From Bacteroidota bacterium (GTDB lineage: Bacteria > Bacteroidota > Bacteroidia > Chitinophagales > Chitinophagaceae), in contig JAEZDA010000017.1 of NCBI GenBank assembly GCA_023433345.1, forward strand, positions 34,955 through 98,954: a stretch of 64,000 bases of DNA, given 5' to 3'. Below the pieces are notes generated by a model, which was not told the DNA's origin, made no database searches, and saw only the letters and a list, made by a program, of their open reading frames with translations. This document shows positions 56,628-64,000 of the stretch, one piece after another. Made by a program: the position numbers and the translations under genes. Position 1 is the first letter of the stretch. Each line of letters opens with the position of its first letter.

Positions 56628-58679
56628 ATGAAAAAGTTTCCAAGGTATATTTTGGCAATGCTCTTCGTGAGCTGTTCTTTACTGTCATTTGCGCAGCCGG
56701 CAACTGATACGCTTGCGAAGGTTACGGCTGATCTCGCGCCCGTTGTTATTCATTCCTTTGAATCGAATACAAACGAGATGAACGTACCCGCTGCTGTGTC
56801 AGTGGTAAGAAGAACAGATATTGATAAAACAGCCGATCCTTCTTTTATACGTTCCATGAATTCGGTAGCAGGAGTTAAAATGGATGAGAGGAGCCCCGGT
56901 AGCGTAAGGCTCAGTATTCGTGGAAACTTACTTCGTTCAACCTTTGGCGTTAGAAACGTAAAAGTGTACTGGAATGGTGTTCCTTTTACTGATGCTAATG
57001 GCAATACATATCTTAACCAGGTTGGTTTTGATAATGTTGGTTCAATGGAAATTTTGAAAGGTCCTTCGGGAAGCATGTATGGTTCCGGAACCGGCGGCGT
57101 ACTGTTGCTTGAAAGCCCTGCTGTTGACACTGCATTTAAACAACTTAGTTTGCAATCCTCTGCCGGAAGCCATGGTCTGCTTTTTCTTGGGGGAAAATTT
57201 TCCTACTCGAAACCAGGTTCCAAAAACAGTTTCTCTTTTTCTCACCAGGAATCAGAAGGATATCGGTTGCAAAGCAGGTTAAAAAGAGATGTTGCAAATT
57301 ACCTCGGCAGTTTCAGAGTGAACAGTCGTCATAATCTTTCTGCAAATATATTTTACAGCGATCTGTACTATCAAACTCCGGGAGGCCTTAATGCTTCGGA
57401 GCTTGAAAACGATCCACGCCAGGCACGCCCCGGTGCTGAGGCGAATAAGGCTGCGCTGTTTTTAAAAACATTTTATGCCGGGCTTGGCAGCGAACTTCGA
57501 TTTACAAAACGGCTAAGTCATTTTACCGGAATCTACGCTTCACATACCCGTTTCAAAAATCCTACAACCCGCAACTACGAGAGCAAAACAGAACAGGGAA
57601 TGGGCGGCCGTACATTTCTTTCTTACCAGAACAAAGATTTAAATATCACTGGTGGCGGAGAGTTTCAATACAGTTTTAACAACACGGGAGTGTATGGCAA
57701 CCGGCTGGGTGTGCGTGACACGCTTCAGTACCAGGATGAGTTGGATAACCGGCAATACAATATGTTTTTACAGGCAAATTATTTGATTAACCGGTTTTCT
57801 GTAACAGCAGGTATCAGTTACAATAATTTCTATTACGGTTTTCTTCGAGCAAGTGATGCTGGAAGCGATCGCCGAAGCAGTGATTTCAAACCTAAATTTA
57901 TTCCGCGGGTTGCGGTTCTATATAAAGTTTCAGGGTCGGTTAATCTTTATGCATCGGTAGGGCGGGGATACTCACCTCCATCCATAGACGAAGTGCACGC
58001 CAGCGACGGAAATTTCAATACAGCACTCAGAGCGGAAGAGGGTCAAAGCTATGAATTCGGTTTGAAGACGAATGCCCTACGTTCCCGTTTTCAGGGAGGG
58101 CTTGCCGTTTATAGCTTCAACCTGAATGAAACGATCGTTAGCAGGAGGGATTCCTCAGGAGCTGACTATTATGTGAATGCCGGAAGAACACGTCAGCGTG
58201 GTCTTGAAGCAAATCTCCAGTATCTCCCGCTTATTAAATCCGTTGGATTTACTCGTTCAATTATAATAAGGGCCTCATACACTTACATCAATGCGAAGTT
58301 CAAAGACTATCAACAGGGGAACACCAAGTTCGATGGAAACCCCGTGACGGGAATTCCTTCTCATACATTTTTCATAAGTACTGATATTAATACAAAGCCA
58401 GGATTGGCTTTAAATGCTTCGTATAGTTATACCGGTTCAGTTTCACTCAATGATGCGAACACAGTCGTTGCGCCGCATTACAACCTCCTCTTTTTCAGAA
58501 TGGCGTACAGGCCAAATGTTGGTCAGAGATTTCATCCCTCATTTTTCATTGCATATGAGAAGAGCCTTAATACACCCTTCAGCCTGGGCAATGATCTCAA
58601 CGCTGCGGGTTCAAGATTTTTTAACCCCGCTGCACCAGAGCGGTTTACTGCCGGCATTAAAGCAGATCTTCTCTGGTAA
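56628..58679 (+). CDS. TonB-dependent receptor
   Basis: RLSIRG, EILKGPSGSMYGSGTGG plug motif, beta-barrel, ends ADLLW. Confidence 0.9.
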   Translation: MKKFPRYILAMLFVSCSLLSFAQPATDTLAKVTADLAPVVIHSFESNTNEMNVPAAVSVVRRTDIDKTADPSFIRSMNSVAGVKMDERSPGSVRLSIRGNLLRSTFGVRNVKVYWNGVPFTDANGNTYLNQVGFDNVGSMEILKGPSGSMYGSGTGGVLLLESPAVDTAFKQLSLQSSAGSHGLLFLGGKFSYSKPGSKNSFSFSHQESEGYRLQSRLKRDVANYLGSFRVNSRHNLSANIFYSDLYYQTPGGLNASELENDPRQARPGAEANKAALFLKTFYAGLGSELRFTKRLSHFTGIYASHTRFKNPTTRNYESKTEQGMGGRTFLSYQNKDLNITGGGEFQYSFNNTGVYGNRLGVRDTLQYQDELDNRQYNMFLQANYLINRFSVTAGISYNNFYYGFLRASDAGSDRRSSDFKPKFIPRVAVLYKVSGSVNLYASVGRGYSPPSIDEVHASDGNFNTALRAEEGQSYEFGLKTNALRSRFQGGLAVYSFNLNETIVSRRDSSGADYYVNAGRTRQRGLEANLQYLPLIKSVGFTRSIIIRASYTYINAKFKDYQQGNTKFDGNPVTGIPSHTFFISTDINTKPGLALNASYSYTGSVSLNDANTVVAPHYNLLFFRMAYRPNVGQRFHPSFFIAYEKSLNTPFSLGNDLNAAGSRFFNPAAPERFTAGIKADLLW

Positions 58680-58681
58680 CC

Positions 58682-61600
58682 TTAGTTGACCAGAATAAAG
58701 GGAACTGAAATCGATTCGTCTTTTCGATAAATGCGTAGGATGTATGTACCTGATGAAGTATGTTTCTTTAAAGGAATTTCAACAACCTGCCTGAACGTAC
58801 CCAATGAAAATAAACCGTTTTGAATTAAAATGCCGGCATGGCTGGAAATTGTGTAGTTGTATTCGCCTGGTTGAAAACCGGTGATCTCTAACTGCAAAGA
58901 TGTTTGTACCGGATTAGTAAGGATTTTAACGGAAGCTTCGATCTTTCCTTTGGCCAGTTCAGAAGATGGTATGGCAACCTGCCTGATTCCCCGAGTTTTG
59001 AAAACAACATAAAAGCGTTTGCTGCTTTTTGAAGCAGGGTCGCTTGTGATCTTAATTCTGAAAGAAGAGGAATCGTTAAGGTTAATGCCTCTTTCAGTTT
59101 TGAGGAAACGGTCTCCGAAGTAAGCTGCGAGCCCGCTATTACTCATATTTGATGAGTAGAAAGAAACAACATAATCCTTCTCCCTCAAATTTGAAAAACC
59201 GTATTGGATCGTGTCGAGATTTTTGATTCGGTTTCTTGATTCAACCGAAAGTTCATTATCGGAGGAACGGATGAAAAAGTTTTCACCTGAGTGTCGCAAC
59301 TTGACTGCATCATTTTCATCCAATGAGTCCGCGTAGAGTAAAGAGGTCACTAAAGCGTTGCCGTCAGCTATCTCTTGTTCTGCCGTAAAAAGTTTTGCGC
59401 GGAAGAATTTTCTATCGCGTGGAATGTGTGCACGATGAACAAGCCTCTGAAGTTCCACTTTGCAGGCTTCGGTGAAGGTAACTTGTCCGGCGCTCCCTGA
59501 AGAACGTACGAAAAAGGCTTGTCCGCTTTGTATATGAGGAGCAGGGAGGTTAGCAGGATAATATGCTGTTCCACCAGCGGTGGGTTCGTAATTATTTGCA
59601 GCTGAAAGGGTCTGGTATCCGCCTAATCCATAGGTTCCGTTTAAAAGAGGATCCCACACAATCACATCATTATTCAGATTAATGAACCGGCCATTGTTTC
59701 GCATGAATTCAACGCTTACCGGTGATGCATAAGGATTACCAACCGAAGCAAGTTTACCTGGCTGAACTATTGTAACCGGAGGAGGATCAGAAGGCTGGTA
59801 GAGGCTGCCCTTGATTCGAAGCCTCGTTGGATTTGCCGGTGCAGAGGCCGTAGTAACAGACCTATCGCCCCGAACCATTACCATGTATCCCTCAGCCCTT
59901 TGAACTTCACTTGCTGTATTAGCAACGCCGATCCAGTTACCATCGGCACCTGCCGCAGGGTCGTAATATTTTATGGAGGGAAGTGGGGTGGTGATATCAA
60001 AGCCGCTACCCGTTCCCGTTAGTATAGTTCCGTATGCTGGAGGTGTAGATCCTCCTTCCTGCCATGAATCAAAAATGGATTGACCTTTTGCAGGTGTTGC
60101 AAGAAATTGCCATGATTTTGGATGGCCGCCATTTCCCGGTAAGCCGGTATTTATAAATCGTTCCACCGAGGCTGTTCCTGTTATTGAGTTGCCTGTAACT
60201 TTTCCCACGCGTGCCGTTGCCGATGAATTAGATACCAGCACGAGGTTATCGCCTGTGTGGAAGTTCACTCCTGATACAGGCCCGAATTCGAGTGCACCGT
60301 AAATATTTAGTCCTTCAGAAGCATTTGATGACAATTGAACATTCGTTCCTATAACAAGGTTCTTTATGTTATTTGATAAAAATATGTCTCCTGCTAAAGA
60401 ACGTGTGTCTCCGCAAAATCCATTCAACTCCACGGATCCTGTAACCGGTCCGGAGGGCTCATTGTTGATGGAGGCCGGAGCACATTTCAATACACCTGCA
60501 ACCCGAACAGTTCCCTCGTTTTGAAGCGATGCTCCGGATGAAATTGTAAGTTGTTTCATCTGGAAGAATTCACCCGTAGAGATGGTCGGTTGATTTGTGG
60601 GCGGTGGCAATGCTATGCGAACACTTTGCAGCACGCTGTTTGGTACTACACCCAGGCTCCAGTTTCCAGGGTCGTTCCATGCCGTTCCGTTGGTTCCGGT
60701 CCATGTATTCCATTTTGAAACTTCGTCGGCTCCAAGATCACATGTGCTTCCGGTAGGAGGAGGAAGTTCGCGTTCATCTCCTTCGAAATCACGTTCAAGC
60801 AGGGTAATATCATTACTTCCTTTTCCGATAATATCGCAATTGGTGAATGGGTTGAGGTGCAGGAAGTTTAAGAGGTCGCCATCAACGGATTGGAAGTTTG
60901 GAAGAATACTTATTGATAGCCCTTCATTCGGCGTCATATGGGCCTGATATGCAGAGAGCGAACTGATGCTGTTGGTTTGGTCGAAATAGAGAAGCCGATC
61001 CGGAGCCGGAACCCCGGCGAAAAGGTCGTTAATGGATGCGGTATAACCGGAAATATCCGCGCCCTTTCTCCAATGAACAACTGCCTTTCCATTAGAGCCT
61101 GTGGCAGACAGGTTGGAGAAAAGATTATTTTCTACGATGATGTTTCCAACAGTATTTGTATAAAGGCATGCACTGGAAAAATCATTGTGACCACTTGCCG
61201 CGGTTAGATGGATGGAATTATTGAACACTCCCGCATTTCCACCCGGTAGCTGATTGTTAATTCGAATACCTGTAACAGGCGGTATCAGTGTGTTCCCGGA
61301 TGAAGGTGCCTCAATGTTGCCGACGAGGTTATTAAAGACCCGCAAGTTGTCAACCGCACTGCTTCCGGCCTCACCTGCGGAAATTGCCGATGACTGAGAT
61401 TGCGTTCCTGAAGCATTTATTGCATAAATTTTATTTTCCCTCACATCAACTCCATTAGAGGGCTCCAGGATATTTATTCCCACCAATGAATCTGCCGAAC
61501 CGGTGGATTGTAGGTTGCTGATGATATTTTCTTTAATACGACAGGGTGTTAAGGCTTGCACCAGTGAGCTTCGTATACCCGTTACTGTTTGCCCATCTGA

Positions 61601-64000
61601 CGAAGTTTCAAGGTTCCTGATTACGTTTTTAGAAATTTCTATTTCCCGCGCCTGAACTCTTGAGCGAGCGTGAATACCTGTTACCGAATTGTCGGAAGCC
61701 AAACCCGTAACAATGTTGTTTGATATGGAATCAATGCTCCCGTTATTGCTTCCAAACCGATCGATAAAAAATCCGAATAGTTCTCCGCCGGTTGCCTGAA
61801 TGTTACTGATCACGTTTCCCGTATACTTTTTTATTGGAGGGGGATTAATTGTTGAGCCCTCAGTGTCACGGATACCGTAGAATGTACCGATAGATGTGAT
61901 GTTTGTGAAGGAATTGTTTCTCACATTTACATTTGATCCGGGCTGTGAGCTATCATCTAATAAAATTCCCATAAAAGGGTTCCGGATGTCTGCATTTCCT
62001 TCCGTTGTATTTCCGATAATGTTTCGTGTAGCCCCGGCCGTTAGTGCACCGGAACTTTCTATCAGGTGTGTGAATATTTGCCTGGTGTGAAGGTTGATGA
62101 ACCTGTTTTCGGAAATATTCCCGATGCCGCCTGCCATTGTGGGATTGAGGGTTGATATCAATGTACAGTATCCCGAATGATCAACGGGGTTCTGGTAACT
62201 GAAGCCATATAATTCATTTTCATTCACATCCTGTAAGCGCGATTGGGAGAAAGCGGAGATCCCTCTTACATCAGAATTGCTGTTACCGCTGAAATTTATC
62301 CATGGGAGAGTAGATGTGCCAATCTTGTTTTTTAATATTTTCACCTGTGAATTTGCTCCGGGGAGAAATCCTGCCGTACGGATGCCTGACACCTCTGTTT
62401 CGTTCTGTGCCGTCTGCCACCCTTGAAGAGTGTTTTCTGATATCTCCAACACGCTACCGGTAGATGTTGTTGAAATGCCGTATAGAAAATTTAATGGTGA
62501 TGTAGAGTTTGAAGGAGCGAGTGATCCATTGTTAGAAAGAAAACCGCCTTCATTGAAGAACCCGGCTCGTATATTGTCGTCAACAGAGTTTCCAACCTGG
62601 TTGTTGCCAATCGTAAAACTTCCTGCACCGCCGGCGCTGATGCCCGTAAAGTTTACAATTTTGCCTGCAGTAGTTCCGCTCATCAGAATTCCGCCGATGA
62701 TATTTTGCATTACAATGCCTTGCGAAGTTGAGGCCGCCCTGATCGCCGTAGCATAGCCTACATCAGCATTTGAAGAAACGTAAATCGACAATTGTTCATT
62801 GGGAGATCCGATAATGTTTGCTGCATTTGAACCTATATCTACGGTTCCGTTTTCAACATATATTCCGTTGAATATTCCCGGGCTAAGAGGAGAAGCTGAA
62901 TATATATTAAGCCCGCCGATATGGTTGCCGTCGATATTGGAAAGCAAACCTCCGCCATCGAAGTCTGCTGAGATACCAAAGAACCTGAATGTTGTGGCTG
63001 TTCCTGCCGGCTCATATAATGCGGGAAAGCCGGTTAATGCCACAGAGTTCCCAACGAGGTTCATCACACCGGTTCCGCTTTCATTAGCAAAGCCTATTCG
63101 GTTTCCGGTGATCCTGAAATTTTCACCGCCGACTATACGGATTGCAAAAAGTTCAATATTCGTGGATGTAAATCTTCTTTCTGCCGTTTGGTAGAATTTG
63201 TTATCAATAATGTTCCAACTGCTGTTAGCATTGTTCAGGAATATTCCGTGATTATCATTGGAACTGCTGAAGAAATTGAAGATCTCATTCTGCGAAATCG
63301 TTATTGAGTCATTGGCGCTGCCGGCTGTTCCTGCAGCGTAGATGGCATTCGTGGGGAAGTCAACCGATTCAGATATGGCATTGTCATGAATGGTGTTATG
63401 ATCATTTCCATTGCCCGAAGGAGATGATGCGCCTATCAAAATTGTTCCGGTGAAGGAACCAGCTCTCCTGCTTTGAACATTACAATGTTTGATGATGTTA
63501 TACCTGGCATCATTAATAAACTGGACGGCTATACCTGTGCCTTCGTTCCTGATGACAATTTCGCGGGTAGTTCCTGTACCTCCCTGTCTTCCATCAAAGA
63601 TGATATGATCAGATCCGTTGAAGTTGATAACCTGGGTAGTTGTAACACCGGTTATTGCAGGTGTGGAGGTTAACGATGGTCGAATGGTAAGGGTGTTGAT
63701 GGACGAAGCGTCCGCATGCTCAAGGATCTGGATGGGAAAGGTCTCTAACGGTGCCGTATAGGTGTTATCTGTCAGCTCGAAAACAACGGGCCCGGTAAGC
63801 GCGCAGGCATTGTTGTAAACATTGATCGCTTCTGAAAGTGAATTAAAGTTTTTTCCTGAGCCCACAGTGTAAAGCCCGCTTAACGTGTGGTTAAGGGAAA
63901 ATGAGAAGGGTGTTGGAGGGAAGCTTGAAATGGAGTGGACAGATTCTGCAGACACTCCTGCAGGATAGGATGCAACATTTATTGCAGGGCTAAGGTCTTG
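58682..64000 (-). CDS. Large secreted beta-helix protein with a T9SS C-terminal sorting domain (5' end beyond the window)
   Basis: Frame is open to 64000; parallel beta-helix repeats (IxxNxIxN), WTGTNGTAWNDPGNWS, VGNPYASP, IQSGQAFFV and C-terminal NPV...SSGTYILRI. Confidence 0.85.
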   Translation of the reverse strand, partial: QDLSPAINVASYPAGVSAESVHSISSFPPTPFSFSLNHTLSGLYTVGSGKNFNSLSEAINVYNNACALTGPVVFELTDNTYTAPLETFPIQILEHADASSINTLTIRPSLTSTPAITGVTTTQVINFNGSDHIIFDGRQGGTGTTREIVIRNEGTGIAVQFINDARYNIIKHCNVQSRRAGSFTGTILIGASSPSGNGNDHNTIHDNAISESVDFPTNAIYAAGTAGSANDSITISQNEIFNFFSSSNDNHGIFLNNANSSWNIIDNKFYQTAERRFTSTNIELFAIRIVGGENFRITGNRIGFANESGTGVMNLVGNSVALTGFPALYEPAGTATTFRFFGISADFDGGGLLSNIDGNHIGGLNIYSASPLSPGIFNGIYVENGTVDIGSNAANIIGSPNEQLSIYVSSNADVGYATAIRAASTSQGIVMQNIIGGILMSGTTAGKIVNFTGISAGGAGSFTIGNNQVGNSVDDNIRAGFFNEGGFLSNNGSLAPSNSTSPLNFLYGISTTSTGSVLEISENTLQGWQTAQNETEVSGIRTAGFLPGANSQVKILKNKIGTSTLPWINFSGNSNSDVRGISAFSQSRLQDVNENELYGFSYQNPVDHSGYCTLISTLNPTMAGGIGNISENRFINLHTRQIFTHLIESSGALTAGATRNIIGNTTEGNADIRNPFMGILLDDSSQPGSNVNVRNNSFTNITSIGTFYGIRDTEGSTINPPPIKKYTGNVISNIQATGGELFGFFIDRFGSNNGSIDSISNNIVTGLASDNSVTGIHARSRVQAREIEISKNVIRNLETSSDGQTVTGIRSSLVQALTPCRIKENIISNLQSTGSADSLVGINILEPSNGVDVRENKIYAINASGTQSQSSAISAGEAGSSAVDNLRVFNNLVGNIEAPSSGNTLIPPVTGIRINNQLPGGNAGVFNNSIHLTAASGHNDFSSACLYTNTVGNIIVENNLFSNLSATGSNGKAVVHWRKGADISGYTASINDLFAGVPAPDRLLYFDQTNSISSLSAYQAHMTPNEGLSISILPNFQSVDGDLLNFLHLNPFTNCDIIGKGSNDITLLERDFEGDERELPPPTGSTCDLGADEVSKWNTWTGTNGTAWNDPGNWSLGVVPNSVLQSVRIALPPPTNQPTISTGEFFQMKQLTISSGASLQNEGTVRVAGVLKCAPASINNEPSGPVTGSVELNGFCGDTRSLAGDIFLSNNIKNLVIGTNVQLSSNASEGLNIYGALEFGPVSGVNFHTGDNLVLVSNSSATARVGKVTGNSITGTASVERFINTGLPGNGGHPKSWQFLATPAKGQSIFDSWQEGGSTPPAYGTILTGTGSGFDITTPLPSIKYYDPAAGADGNWIGVANTASEVQRAEGYMVMVRGDRSVTTASAPANPTRLRIKGSLYQPSDPPPVTIVQPGKLASVGNPYASPVSVEFMRNNGRFINLNNDVIVWDPLLNGTYGLGGYQTLSAANNYEPTAGGTAYYPANLPAPHIQSGQAFFVRSSGSAGQVTFTEACKVELQRLVHRAHIPRDRKFFRAKLFTAEQEIADGNALVTSLLYADSLDENDAVKLRHSGENFFIRSSDNELSVESRNRIKNLDTIQYGFSNLREKDYVVSFYSSNMSNSGLAAYFGDRFLKTERGINLNDSSSFRIKITSDPASKSSKRFYVVFKTRGIRQVAIPSSELAKGKIEASVKILTNPVQTSLQLEITGFQPGEYNYTISSHAGILIQNGLFSLGTFRQVVEIPLKKHTSSGTYILRIYRKDESISVPFILVN

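Noticed and set aside
1590..63673. The many 60-185 aa ORFs nested in or antisense to long genes
   Set aside because: They are shadow frames of well-supported CDSs, with no recognisable motifs

Overview
Chromosomal window from a Bacteroidota bacterium, probably Chitinophagaceae-like (inferred from the rpsB/tsf sequences, TAnnTTTG promoters, a T9SS cargo protein and BtuG). Left to right: (1) a response regulator-heme oxygenase-bacteriophytochrome operon that runs off the left edge, whose phytochrome is missed by the ORF track; (2) rplM-rpsI-rpsB-tsf; (3) a TPR protein, a UvrD-like helicase, thioredoxin, a Cys-rich exported protein and a Flavo-1-like structured RNA; (4) a decayed ~6.5 kb integrative island at the 3' end of tRNA-Arg(CCT), with a frameshifted serine-recombinase tail reading into the tRNA, a frameshifted excisionase, an intact AbiE-type toxin-antitoxin pair with a symmetric operator, a helicase-nuclease-zinc-ribbon gene hit by an early nonsense codon, and a hybrid-binding-domain RNase H; (5) two orphan receiver proteins and an ABC-F ATPase; (6) a twice-repeated 59-bp hairpin element; (7) a ~28 kb surface-polysaccharide locus; (8) a divergent UmuD'-like / radical SAM pair with a CTAA-N5-TTAG palindrome (candidate SOS box); (9) amgK-rapZ fusion and murU; (10) TolC plus membrane-fusion protein; (11) a cobalamin riboswitch ahead of btuB-btuG and a second TonB receptor; (12) a large T9SS-secreted protein that runs off the right edge. 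All family calls come from motif recognition by eye; no database search was run.
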